A stretch of 64,000 nucleotides of DNA from positions 32,001 to 96,000 of the IMG/VR virus record IMGVR_UViG_3300032238_000599. One strand, written 5' to 3'. Every line of letters starts with the position of its first letter. Position 1 is the first letter of the stretch. Of the stretch, positions 17,800 to 27,328 are shown one piece after another. Made by a program: the position numbers and the translations under genes. The DNA comes from a virus. The notes under the pieces were generated by a model. It saw only the letters and a list, made by a program, of their open reading frames with translations. It ran no database searches and had not been told where the DNA came from.

Positions 17800-20310
17800 A
17801 TGGCTGATTTTGATTATGATAAACTGTCGGAAGCGATAAAACGCGGTTCAGGCGGCGCAGGCGGCAATACTGTCAGTGCCGGTTATGCTGACTTATTTAA
17901 AAAGCTAGGAACCGATGTTAATCCTTTAAGTCTAGCACTTAAAGGTGCTGGTGAAGCCGCAGGAAAAGTCAAAGATGCCTATGATAAAGTTAGCCCAGTT
18001 GTACAAGAAAACTTAGATACATGGCGTAAGCTGAGTACTACAGGTGCGGCATTCAGCAACGATGTTGTAGGAATGAGCGTCGCAGCCGCAAGTACTCGAA
18101 TGAGTTTGTCTGAATTCGCTGATACTGTTGGTAAAAATGCCGCACAGTTAAGCGGCCTGGGCGGAAACGTTACTAGAGGTGCAGAAGCATTCTCTAGATT
18201 AAGTAAAGAAATGTTTGACAGTGGTGCCACTGACCAACTCAAACAAATGGGTTACACTACAAAAGAAATTAACGATGTTCTAGCTTTACAAGTTGGTTTC
18301 CAAGGTGCTACCCTAGCAAATAGTAAAGCCGCACAACAACAAGCACAACAGTCAGCCATTGAACTTGCCACCGAAATGGACGAGTTAGCCAAGCTAACTG
18401 GTAAGTCTCGTAAAGAACAAGAAGACTCAATGAAGAAAGCTGCCGCAGACATGCAGGCAGAAGCTAAACTTCGCTTGATGACCATGGGCAAGAGTGAAGA
18501 AGAAGCCGCGCAGATACGTGCAGAATACTTAAAAAATTATAACGAAGCTGAAGCTCGCGGTCAAGGACAAATGTTTAAAGAAGTCTTTGCTACTGGTACA
18601 GTTCAAAGTAAAGAAGCTTCGATGCAAGTTGCTTTACAAGGTAAATCAGCTGCCGCAACAGTAGCACAAGCTAGTGCAATATCAAAAGGAAATCTTGACG
18701 CGGCTCGACGCCACAATGAAGATGCTACTAGAGAAATGGGCAGGTTGAATAACAATACTGCTTACTTGTCTGTGGCCATGATGGGAACTGGTGAAGCATC
18801 AAAGAGTGTACAAAAAAGTATGCTTGATACTAGGACTGCATACAACAACGAAAAAGCTATTCGAGACGAATTATTAAAAGATGAAAAGAATAGAAATTTA
18901 AGTAAAGACGATTTAGAAAAGAAAGTACAAGCTACACTTAAAGAACGTGCAGGGCAAGCTCAAGCTGGTAAAAATGAAAAAGGTGAAGATGTTAGTGGAG
19001 CAACTCGAGCAGTTGTTCAACTAGGTAATCGTGTTGGAGATGTTAATAGTGCATTAATGAACGGATTAGTTACTCCATTAAACAAAACTGTTGGGCCTGC
19101 AATAGGAGAGTTTGCAGATAAACGATTAAAAGCTCAGACAAATGTAGTTGATCCAAAAACTGGCAAAGCTGAAAGAAGATCCTTTGCTAAAGATATTGAA
19201 CTCGAAGCCGAAGCAGGATTTAAAGCAGGGTTTGAAGGTAAGAAGCCAAGCGACACGTTACCTCCTGATTCAAGTAATCGACAGGGTTGGCGAGCAAATA
19301 TGGGAGCTCAAGGTGGAAAGTCAACACTTGGCGGCGCCGCAAACTCAATTGGTGAAGCATTAGGCTCAATTACAGCAAAAACTTTAAACATCACAGGCGA
19401 AGTTACTGGACTAAAAGCACACGCAGAAGGCGGCTACATCGGTAAACCTGAGATAGCACTTATCGGTGAGGCAGGTCCTGAGTTTGTATTAAACCAACCT
19501 CAAATGAAATCTTTAATTGAAGGTGTTGGGGATATAGGTAAACAATCAGGTGCTGGACTAATGCAAATGGGCAAAGACGTAACTGATTCTGGAAAATCAT
19601 CTAGCGTTAGCCTTTCTCAAATAAGCAAAGACATTAGTACAACATTTAGCGCCGTTGCTGGTGGCGGAGCCGGTGGTGGTGGAATGGATAAAGCGCAGGC
19701 AAAAATTGACGAAGCAATTCGATTAAAAGAACAAGCGCAAGAAAAGTTAAACAAATTATGGAATGAAGCAAGTGATGACGAACTAAATGAAAAACATGAA
19801 CAACTTGCTGAAGAATTAAAAGCCGCTAAAGAAAACTTAACTAAAGTAATTGACGAATCAATGTCAGACCTAGTTGGTAGCTTTGATGATTTTGGAGATG
19901 TATTTGAAGACAGTCCAATAGCAGACGCTGTTGAATCAGCTAGCCCAAAAGCAAATCCATTGGCTGGATTGGATACTAGCGGTATTGTGTTAGGACCAAA
20001 CGGTATGCCTATGCCCGGCAGCATCAAAGCCAAAGCCGCAACACTTGCCGCTGAACCAGCAAAGAACGAAACTGCCGCTGCCGCTGCCACAGCCGCTGAA
20101 GAAGAAAAGAAAAAGAAAGAAGCCGCTCAAAAGAAAGAAGAAAAGCCAGCTGGCTCTACTAAAGACGCTACTCTATCTGACGTAGTCAACAAGCTAGATT
20201 CGTTAAATAAGACTATGAACCGTCTACTGTCAACTAGCGAAGATTTGGGTAACAAGCAAGTTAAAGCTACTAAACAAGTTGCCGCAGCCGGTAACACTTT
20301 TGCTAGGTAA
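17800..20310 (+). CDS. Tail tape measure protein
   Basis: 836 aa, Ala/Gly/Lys-rich and helical; HAEGGYIGKPEIALIGEAGPEFV motif common in tape measure proteins; next to the chaperone genes. Confidence 0.65.
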   Translation: MADFDYDKLSEAIKRGSGGAGGNTVSAGYADLFKKLGTDVNPLSLALKGAGEAAGKVKDAYDKVSPVVQENLDTWRKLSTTGAAFSNDVVGMSVAAASTRMSLSEFADTVGKNAAQLSGLGGNVTRGAEAFSRLSKEMFDSGATDQLKQMGYTTKEINDVLALQVGFQGATLANSKAAQQQAQQSAIELATEMDELAKLTGKSRKEQEDSMKKAAADMQAEAKLRLMTMGKSEEEAAQIRAEYLKNYNEAEARGQGQMFKEVFATGTVQSKEASMQVALQGKSAAATVAQASAISKGNLDAARRHNEDATREMGRLNNNTAYLSVAMMGTGEASKSVQKSMLDTRTAYNNEKAIRDELLKDEKNRNLSKDDLEKKVQATLKERAGQAQAGKNEKGEDVSGATRAVVQLGNRVGDVNSALMNGLVTPLNKTVGPAIGEFADKRLKAQTNVVDPKTGKAERRSFAKDIELEAEAGFKAGFEGKKPSDTLPPDSSNRQGWRANMGAQGGKSTLGGAANSIGEALGSITAKTLNITGEVTGLKAHAEGGYIGKPEIALIGEAGPEFVLNQPQMKSLIEGVGDIGKQSGAGLMQMGKDVTDSGKSSSVSLSQISKDISTTFSAVAGGGAGGGGMDKAQAKIDEAIRLKEQAQEKLNKLWNEASDDELNEKHEQLAEELKAAKENLTKVIDESMSDLVGSFDDFGDVFEDSPIADAVESASPKANPLAGLDTSGIVLGPNGMPMPGSIKAKAATLAAEPAKNETAAAAATAAEEEKKKKEAAQKKEEKPAGSTKDATLSDVVNKLDSLNKTMNRLLSTSEDLGNKQVKATKQVAAAGNTFAR

Positions 20311-20312
20311 TT

Positions 20313-22040
20313 ATGAGCTGGAAAAAATATTTTACACCGGTGCCAACTGGTCAACAATCTGCTACAGTAAGTCCGCTGTCTAATGCTAGCCGCGCAGGTC
20401 CAGCTAGAACAAACTACAGTTCGTACCTACCAGATATCTATACAGGCAGTCCAAATCGTGTTGAACGTTATATGCAATACGACACAATGGACGGAGATCC
20501 CGAAGTTAATGCCGCGCTAGATATTCTTGCAGAATTTTGCACACAACTAAACAAAGAAAACGGAGTTCCATTTGCAGTAAAATGGAAATCACAAGCTACT
20601 AACTCTGAAATTAAAATTCTAGGCGAGTACTTACAGCAGTGGACAAAGTTACAAAATTTTGAAACACGTATCTTCCGTATTATTAGAAACACTTTTAAAT
20701 ACGGTGACGGGTTTTTTATTCGAGATCCTGAGACACAAAAATGGTTTTACATTGATCCAGGTAAAATAGTTAAGATTATTGTTAACGAAAGTGAAGGTAA
20801 AAAACCTGAACAATACGTTATTAGAGACATTAATCCTAATTTTATGAATTTAGTTGTAACACAGATTACACCTAACACGACACAGACTAATAATCGAGGA
20901 ACTAGTTATGTAGCAGGCGGTGGCCTTGCACGTGGTATGACTGGAGCATATCCTACAGAATCTGGTTCAAGATTTAGCCAAGGCTTAAACGAAATGGCAA
21001 TTGATGCTAACCACGTAATCCATTTATCGTTAAGCGAAGGATTAGATAATAACTATCCTTTTGGTAATTCTCTGCTTGAAAACGTTTTTAAAGTTTACAA
21101 GCAAAAGGAACTATTAGAAGATGCAATCATTATATACCGTATTCAACGAGCGCCCGAACGCCGTATTTTCTATATCGACGTGGGCAATATGCCAAGCCAC
21201 CTCGCTATGGGCTTTGTGGAAAGAGTTAAAAACGAAATTCACCAACGCAGAATCCCAAGTCAAAACGGTGGCGGAACCAACGTCATTGATAGTGCTTACA
21301 ACCCGCTATCGATTAATGAGGACTACTTCTTCCCACAAACAGCAGAAGGTAGAGGTTCAAAGGTTGAAACACTTCCAGGTGGCACAAACTTAGGTGAAAT
21401 TGACGACTTAAAGTATTTTACAAATAAGTTGTTCCGTGGTTTAAGAATTCCAAGTAGCTATCTGCCAACAGGTGCAGATGATAGTCAAGCGCAGTATAAC
21501 GACGGGCGTGTTGGCACAGCATATATTCAAGAACTACGCTTTAACAAGTACTGCGAGCGTTTACAAAGTTTAATTTCTACAGTGTTTGATCAAGAATTTA
21601 AGATGTATTTGTACAGTAGAGGCGTTAACATTGATGCGGCCCTATTTGATCTTAAGTTTAATCCACCTATGAACTTTGCAAGTAGTCGACAAGCGGCTAT
21701 GGATACTGAAAGAATCAACACATTTAATACTGTTCAAGCAATACCTTACATTAGTAAACGCTTTGCTCTTAAACGTTATTTGGGTCTTACAGAAGAAGAA
21801 ATTGCAGAAAACGAACGCTTATGGGCACAAGAAAAAGGCGAAAACGTTCCTGAACATACAGATAGTGCAGGTGAATTACGCTCAGTTGGTTTAAGTATGG
21901 CTGGCATTCAAGCCGATGTGCAAGCCAGTGATGCAGAAGATGCACCAGAAGGAATGGAAACACCAGAAGGACAAGAAGGTGCTCCACCAGCCGCTCCAGC
22001 AGGTGCTCCGGTTACACCAGCAAGTCCACCTGCCGCATAA
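20313..22040 (+). CDS. gp20: Portal protein
   Basis: LLEDAIIIYRIQRAPERRIFYIDVGNMP, EDYFFPQTAEGRGSKVETLPGG.NLGEIDD and ELRFNKYCERLQ are T4 gp20 signatures. Confidence 0.95.
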   Translation: MSWKKYFTPVPTGQQSATVSPLSNASRAGPARTNYSSYLPDIYTGSPNRVERYMQYDTMDGDPEVNAALDILAEFCTQLNKENGVPFAVKWKSQATNSEIKILGEYLQQWTKLQNFETRIFRIIRNTFKYGDGFFIRDPETQKWFYIDPGKIVKIIVNESEGKKPEQYVIRDINPNFMNLVVTQITPNTTQTNNRGTSYVAGGGLARGMTGAYPTESGSRFSQGLNEMAIDANHVIHLSLSEGLDNNYPFGNSLLENVFKVYKQKELLEDAIIIYRIQRAPERRIFYIDVGNMPSHLAMGFVERVKNEIHQRRIPSQNGGGTNVIDSAYNPLSINEDYFFPQTAEGRGSKVETLPGGTNLGEIDDLKYFTNKLFRGLRIPSSYLPTGADDSQAQYNDGRVGTAYIQELRFNKYCERLQSLISTVFDQEFKMYLYSRGVNIDAALFDLKFNPPMNFASSRQAAMDTERINTFNTVQAIPYISKRFALKRYLGLTEEEIAENERLWAQEKGENVPEHTDSAGELRSVGLSMAGIQADVQASDAEDAPEGMETPEGQEGAPPAAPAGAPVTPASPPAA

Positions 22041-22043
22041 ATA
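22036..22043 (+). promoter_or_regulatory. Late promoter (CATAAATA) overlapping the portal stop codon
   Basis: 7 nt upstream of the ATG at 22051; similar boxes at 22289-22296 and 22358-22363. Confidence 0.55.
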
Positions 22044-22050
22044 CACTACT

Positions 22051-22293
22051 ATGATCTTAAGAGAACTGTTTTATATTGATCCAGAAACTAAAAACATTGC
22101 TACAGATTTGAGATATAATCCGGGCAATGATCGTTCTATGTTTCGTAAACACGATACACGTAGAACACGCCTTACCTTAGGACAGATCAACGAATTAAGA
22201 AAAAGCAGTGAAGCTCACATTCTTGAACAAGAAGATGAGTTATCTTTTATTAACACTATGTACGGAGCAGAGCCTGCGGCGCCTCCGGCATAA
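22051..22293 (+). CDS. Small head-module protein (80 aa), between portal and core genes (gp67/68 position)
   Basis: MILRELFYID...RRTRLTLGQINELRK. Start reassigned from 21916, which overlaps the portal gene. Confidence 0.6.
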   Translation: MILRELFYIDPETKNIATDLRYNPGNDRSMFRKHDTRRTRLTLGQINELRKSSEAHILEQEDELSFINTMYGAEPAAPPA

Positions 22294-22399
22294 ATATCAC
22301 ACGCGGCAAAAAACGGTCGTTTTTTCGCCATTTCACGCTTAATATTACATTTATATGTAAATATAATTGACAGCCTTGCACAATTCACAGGAGACAAAC

Positions 22400-23266
22400 A
22401 TGACTGATCGCAACAAATTCGAGCAGATGCTTGAATATCTAATTAACGAAGATAAAGAAAAAGCCAAAGAAGTTTTTCACGATATCGTGGTAGCAAAATC
22501 ACGTGAAATCTATGAAAGCCTTCTAGCTGAGGACTTTGAGGATTCTGAGCTAGGAGAAGCCAGCGACGACGAAGAGGACATGGAAGAATCCATGGAAGAC
22601 GACGAAGTTGAAGAAGGTTTTGGTATGGAACTAGAAGCCGGACACGAAGAAGACGAAATGGGCGGTGACCCAACAGACGACCTAATGGGCGATGTTGAAA
22701 TGGGTGACGGCGAAGACGAATTCGGTGGTGATGAAGAAGGCGAAGAAGGTATTGAAGATCGTGTAATGGATCTAGAAGACGCACTAGACGAACTAAAAGC
22801 AGAATTTGAACAGCTAATGGCTGGCGAAGAAGGCGAAGAGCACATGGGCGGTGACGACATGGGCGGAGAAGAGCACGGTGAAGAAGAACACGAAGAAGAA
22901 AGCTACGGTTTTGAAGATATCGAAACAGAAAATTTTGAAGAAGGCCTAATGCGTGAATACGTAGAAAAAGTTGCCGCTCCATCACATGGCGACAACGGTG
23001 CTAATACAAAATCAATCGTAGCAGGTAAGAACGATATGGGCGGAACATCTGCTAATATCGCTAAGTCTTTCTCAACAGAGAAAGGCGGCACACAAGGCGG
23101 GTTATTAAACCCAACTACAAAACCACAAGACGGTGGAAACATCAATGTCCCAGGTGGTAAAGCTGGTAAAACAGCATTTAAAAAGCATGAACCAGGTCAT
23201 GGCGCCGAGAAAAAGGGCAAGGCCGAACAAGCTGATAACAAGAAAAGTATCGTAGGTTCAAAGTAA
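22400..23266 (+). CDS. Highly acidic prohead core/scaffold-like protein
   Basis: AGGAG RBS before the ATG at 22400; very E/D-rich; located between portal and protease. Confidence 0.6.
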   Translation: MTDRNKFEQMLEYLINEDKEKAKEVFHDIVVAKSREIYESLLAEDFEDSELGEASDDEEDMEESMEDDEVEEGFGMELEAGHEEDEMGGDPTDDLMGDVEMGDGEDEFGGDEEGEEGIEDRVMDLEDALDELKAEFEQLMAGEEGEEHMGGDDMGGEEHGEEEHEEESYGFEDIETENFEEGLMREYVEKVAAPSHGDNGANTKSIVAGKNDMGGTSANIAKSFSTEKGGTQGGLLNPTTKPQDGGNINVPGGKAGKTAFKKHEPGHGAEKKGKAEQADNKKSIVGSK

Positions 23267-23267
23267 G

Positions 23268-23900
23268 ATGAACTATCTTCGCGAACATTTGAGTTTCGAC
23301 CAAGCTGGAATTACCATCTCTGAATCGGAAGAGAGAGATGGTAAGAAGAGTTTGTACATGAATGGTATTTGCATTCAAGGCGGTATACGCAATGCAAACC
23401 AGCGTGTATATCCTGTACAGGAAATTGGGAAGGCTGTCAAAACCCTCAATGATCAGATTCAGGGTGGTTACTCAGTTTTAGGCGAAGTTGATCATCCAGA
23501 TGACCTAAGAATTAACCTGGATCGTGTGTCACATATGATAACGAATATGTGGATGGACGGTCCTAATGGTTACGGAAAAATGAAAATTCTACCAACTCCA
23601 ATGGGACAACTAGTTAAGTCTATGTTGGAAAGCGGAGTTAAGTTAGGAGTTTCAAGTCGTGGATCAGGAAACGTCCGTGAAGACGGAAGTGGAGAGGTAA
23701 GCGATTTTGAGATTATCACAGTTGATGTGGTAGCTCAGCCCAGTGCGCCTGGGGCATATCCTACAGCAATTTATGAACACCTGATGAACAGTCGTGGTGG
23801 CTATAATGCTCTACGCATAGCGAAGGAAGTTCAGGGTGATCCACAAGCGCAACGTTACATTAAAGAGAGCTTATTATCCGTAATAAGCAAGCTCCAATAA
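23268..23900 (+). CDS. gp21: Prohead protease
   Basis: NANQRVYP, GEVDHP, VSH, GVSSRGSG and DVVAQPSAPGAY catalytic motifs. Confidence 0.95.
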   Translation: MNYLREHLSFDQAGITISESEERDGKKSLYMNGICIQGGIRNANQRVYPVQEIGKAVKTLNDQIQGGYSVLGEVDHPDDLRINLDRVSHMITNMWMDGPNGYGKMKILPTPMGQLVKSMLESGVKLGVSSRGSGNVREDGSGEVSDFEIITVDVVAQPSAPGAYPTAIYEHLMNSRGGYNALRIAKEVQGDPQAQRYIKESLLSVISKLQ

Positions 23901-23914
23901 CAAGGAGAATCACA

Positions 23915-25009
23915 ATGTTGGACGCATTAAAACCGTTATTAGAAAACAATGTGATTTCTGAGGAGATCAAAGTAGCTATTGAGTCAGCTTGGCAAGCGAA
24001 GATCGATGAGAATCGCCAACAAGTTACTCAACAACTACGTGAAGAATTTGCTCAACGTTACGAACACGATAAGCAAGTGATGGCAGAAGCTGTTGATCGC
24101 ATGATCACAGACCATCTATCAGTTGAAATCGCAGAATTTGAAGAAGATCGTAAACAACTAGCACAAGCTAAAGCCAAGTATGCAGTAAAAATGCACGAGG
24201 CTGGCGACGTAATGAAGCAATTTGTTACACGCCAATTAGCTAATGAAGTTCGTGAATTACACGAAGATCAGAAACAAATGGCTGACAAGTTCGGTAAACT
24301 TGAAGAATTCGTAGTTGAGGCTCTAGCTCAAGAAATTACTGAGTTCTACAAGGACAAAGCAGACTTAGCAGAAGCTAAAGTTCGTTTAGTTCGTGAAGGA
24401 CGTGAAGCACTAGCAAGTATGAAAGAAAAATTTGTACAACGTGCCGCTAAGATGGTCGAAGCAACAGTTGAACAAACTCTATCAAAAGAGATTGGACAGC
24501 TACGCGAAGATATCGAGACTGCTCGTCGTAATGACTTCGGTCGCAAGTTATTCGAAGCATTTGCTAATGAATATCAAACAAGTTATCTATCAGAGAAATC
24601 TGAAACTGCAAAATTGCTCAAGGTTATAAACTTGAAAGATCTAGAAATTGCCGAAGCGCAACACGCTGTCGTCGAGGCAAAGAAGATCGCAGAAAGCAAA
24701 CAAGCAGAAGCTCGTCAGCTTGCTGAAAGCATCGAGCGCCAGAAAATTATGAATGAATTGTTAGCTCCTTTGGCTAAAGACCAAAAGGCTATCATGACAG
24801 AATTGTTGGAAAGTGTACAGACTGGCAAACTACAAAATAGTTTTGACAAGTACCTACCCGCAGTAATCGAAGGCAAAACACCGCAGAAGAAACAGGCATT
24901 AGTAGAGGCTAAAGAAGTTACAGGCAATAAAACACAAACTAACAGCGTAAGTAGTAGCGAGATGGATAACATCATTGATATCCGCAAACTCGCTGGATTA
25001 AAAATTTAA
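23915..25009 (+). CDS. gp22: Prohead core scaffold protein
   Basis: Coiled-coil, Glu-rich; lies between gp21 and gp23. Confidence 0.75.
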   Translation: MLDALKPLLENNVISEEIKVAIESAWQAKIDENRQQVTQQLREEFAQRYEHDKQVMAEAVDRMITDHLSVEIAEFEEDRKQLAQAKAKYAVKMHEAGDVMKQFVTRQLANEVRELHEDQKQMADKFGKLEEFVVEALAQEITEFYKDKADLAEAKVRLVREGREALASMKEKFVQRAAKMVEATVEQTLSKEIGQLREDIETARRNDFGRKLFEAFANEYQTSYLSEKSETAKLLKVINLKDLEIAEAQHAVVEAKKIAESKQAEARQLAESIERQKIMNELLAPLAKDQKAIMTELLESVQTGKLQNSFDKYLPAVIEGKTPQKKQALVEAKEVTGNKTQTNSVSSSEMDNIIDIRKLAGLKI

Positions 25010-25020
25010 GGAGATTTTAA

Positions 25021-26184
25021 ATGTCAGAACTACTACACGGTCGCTGGACAGAAACTAAAGAAGCCCTATTAGAAGGCTTACAAGGCACAAAAAAATCAGT
25101 AATGGGTGTCGCTCTAGAAAATACTCGTAAGTATCTTTTAGAAAGCCCAACTGCAGGTGCTACTTCTGCCGGCAACGTTGCAACATTAAATCGCGTGATT
25201 CTTCCAGTAATCCGTCGCGTTATGCCAACCGTTATTGCTAACGAGTTAGTTGGTGTACAACCAATGACTGGACCTGTGGGTCAAATCCACACACTACGTG
25301 TTCGTTATGCAGATAACGGTGACAACGTGGTAGCAGGTGAAGAGGCATTAAGCCCATTCAAGATTGCTGAGGCTTATTCTGGTAATAACAACCAGAGCAA
25401 TCCAAAGGCTGCTTCAACAGCAACTCTTGAAGGCGCCGCTGGTAAGCGTATGTCTATTCAAATCTTGAAACAAACAGTTGAAGCTAAAACTCGTAAATTG
25501 TCTGCTCGTTGGACATTTGAGGCTGCTCAAGACGCACAAGCCCAACAAGGTATTGACGTTGAAGCAGAAGTTATGGCTGCTCTTGCTCAAGAAATTACTG
25601 CTGAAATCGACCAAGAAATTCTAAATAGTCTAAGCGTTCTAGCTGGTTCAGCTGTTGAAACTTATGACCAGACTCAAGTTTCTGGTACAGCAACATTCGT
25701 TGGTGACGAACACGCCGCTTTAGCTGTTCAGATCAATCGCGTAAGCAACTTGATCGCTCAGCGTACACGTCGTGGTGCTGGTAACTGGTGTGTGGTTTCT
25801 CCATACACATTAACAGTTCTACAAAGTGCTACAACTTCTGCGTTCGCAAGAACAACAGAAGGTACATTTGAAGCTCCTACAAACACTAAGTTTGTTGGTA
25901 CATTGAATGGCGCGATGAAAGTATATGTTAACACATATGCAAACGACAGCACACCAGTGTTGATCGGTTATAAGGGTGCATCAGAGAGCGATGCGGCAGC
26001 ATTCTATTGCCCATACATTCCTCTAATGAGCTCTGGTGTTGTGTTAGATCCATCAACATTTGAACCAGTCGTATCATTCATGACACGTTATGGTTATGTT
26101 GAACTAAGCAACACAGCTTCTTCTCTAGGTAATGCGGCTGACTACCTAGGTAAAGTTAACGTACAAGGCGTAAGCTTCAAGTAA
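25021..26184 (+). CDS. gp23: Major capsid protein
   Basis: GVQPMTGPVGQI, EAKTRKLSARWT.E.AQD, EITAEIDQEI, FYCPYIPL and MTRYG motifs. Confidence 0.95.
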   Translation: MSELLHGRWTETKEALLEGLQGTKKSVMGVALENTRKYLLESPTAGATSAGNVATLNRVILPVIRRVMPTVIANELVGVQPMTGPVGQIHTLRVRYADNGDNVVAGEEALSPFKIAEAYSGNNNQSNPKAASTATLEGAAGKRMSIQILKQTVEAKTRKLSARWTFEAAQDAQAQQGIDVEAEVMAALAQEITAEIDQEILNSLSVLAGSAVETYDQTQVSGTATFVGDEHAALAVQINRVSNLIAQRTRRGAGNWCVVSPYTLTVLQSATTSAFARTTEGTFEAPTNTKFVGTLNGAMKVYVNTYANDSTPVLIGYKGASESDAAAFYCPYIPLMSSGVVLDPSTFEPVVSFMTRYGYVELSNTASSLGNAADYLGKVNVQGVSFK

Positions 26185-26214
26185 TTAACTTTAGAGGTTG
26201 TTTTAAACCACAGC

Positions 26215-26239
26215 AAAGGGCTCTTCGGAGCCCTTTTTT
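26215..26239 (+). terminator. Rho-independent terminator after the capsid gene
   Basis: AAAGGGCTC-TTCG-GAGCCCTTT followed by a T-tract (UUCG tetraloop). Confidence 0.9.
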
Positions 26240-26248
26240 ATTCTCAGC

Positions 26249-26335
26249 TAAATACATAGTACGATCTACATGCCGTAGATTTTATGCGGAAATCCAACCG
26301 CGTATGGCCTAGAACGCCAACTTTCTTAAGGAGAA
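26249..26335 (+). promoter_or_regulatory. Late promoter (TAAATA, 26249-26254) followed by a three-hairpin structured 5' leader
   Basis: Hairpins ATCTAC/GTAGAT (26264-26280), TATGCGG/CCGCGTA (26283-26304) and TGGC/GCCA (26305-26319), then an AAGGAG RBS. Confidence 0.55.
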
Positions 26336-26341
26336 AACAAA

Positions 26342-27319
26342 ATGGGACGTCCTTTAAACAAAAAATATTTTGGTAACCGAAACATCGGTACCAACGGCTA
26401 TGTAACAGACAATAGCCCAAACGCTAATACACCAGAAGGTGATGATAAGATTGGTGGTGAAGGTATTGAATCTTACACACTACCAGTACAACTAGGTAGT
26501 ATCGAAGTTGATAGTAATAGCGGTCAACCAACATTAACAATTCCAGCACCGCAGATACCAGGCGGTGTACAAGCTACAGCTACAGTAGTTTGGGAAGTTG
26601 CAAGCATTACCATTAAAAATACAAATGACTATGGTACAAGCTATGTTAATGGCGAAACTGTAACATTTACAGGTGCTACTGGTGTAACTGCTACTGTTGC
26701 AGTTGCCGCAGACGACATTGGAGTTATTACCCCAGTTCTCCGCGGATCATTTACTACAATTCCATCGAGCGAATCATATAATATCATTGGCGCTGTAGGT
26801 AACGACGCACAAGCAGAAATTACTTGGCGTGTTAAATCTATTACTAAATTACAAAGAGGTTCAGGTTATACTACAGCTCCAACACTATCGTGGGCCGCTG
26901 GATTAGCTGGCGCAATTTCTGGAACAAGTCCAGGAGCTCCAACTGCGGTATTAACTGTTGATACAGGTGCAGTTGGTTCATCTACTAATCAAGAAAACGC
27001 AATTATTATTCGTGCTAACACTACTGATGATGGCACAAAAGTTGGCGATATTACTAAACAAACTAACACACGTAGCTACAAAGTTAAAACAGCAGACGGC
27101 ACAGCAGTTTGTAAACTAGTTGCAGACTCAACTCCAGGTTTTCAAGAAGCATATATTGTTGCTACTTCTGCATCGGGTGCTACATATTATGTTACTAAGC
27201 TAACAGGCCACAAAGCAACACTAGTAACAAAAACTGGTGACGGAGCATTAAATGGTAAAGCCGCTCCATGGACATTTAACTCAACAGCTAACGGTCGAGT
27301 AATCATCGAAAACGCATAA
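26342..27319 (+). CDS. Virion structural protein (MGRPL family, paralogue 1)
   Basis: Thr/Gly-rich beta protein directly after the MCP; GSGYTTAPT motif. Confidence 0.55.
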   Translation: MGRPLNKKYFGNRNIGTNGYVTDNSPNANTPEGDDKIGGEGIESYTLPVQLGSIEVDSNSGQPTLTIPAPQIPGGVQATATVVWEVASITIKNTNDYGTSYVNGETVTFTGATGVTATVAVAADDIGVITPVLRGSFTTIPSSESYNIIGAVGNDAQAEITWRVKSITKLQRGSGYTTAPTLSWAAGLAGAISGTSPGAPTAVLTVDTGAVGSSTNQENAIIIRANTTDDGTKVGDITKQTNTRSYKVKTADGTAVCKLVADSTPGFQEAYIVATSASGATYYVTKLTGHKATLVTKTGDGALNGKAAPWTFNSTANGRVIIENA

Positions 27320-27328
27320 GGATAAATT

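Noticed and set aside
21916-22050. Longer starts given for ORFs 21916-22293, 22367-23266 and 16909-17766
   Set aside because: They overlap the portal gene or sit at promoter boxes; starts at 22051, 22400 and 17733 fit RBS and promoter positions better.
22443-22985. Antisense ORFs of 180 aa and 116 aa, and other short opposite-strand or alternate-frame ORFs in the track (e.g. 15542-15949, 19617-20090, 53338-53733)
   Set aside because: Shadow ORFs of biased-composition genes, with no RBS, promoter or recognisable motifs.
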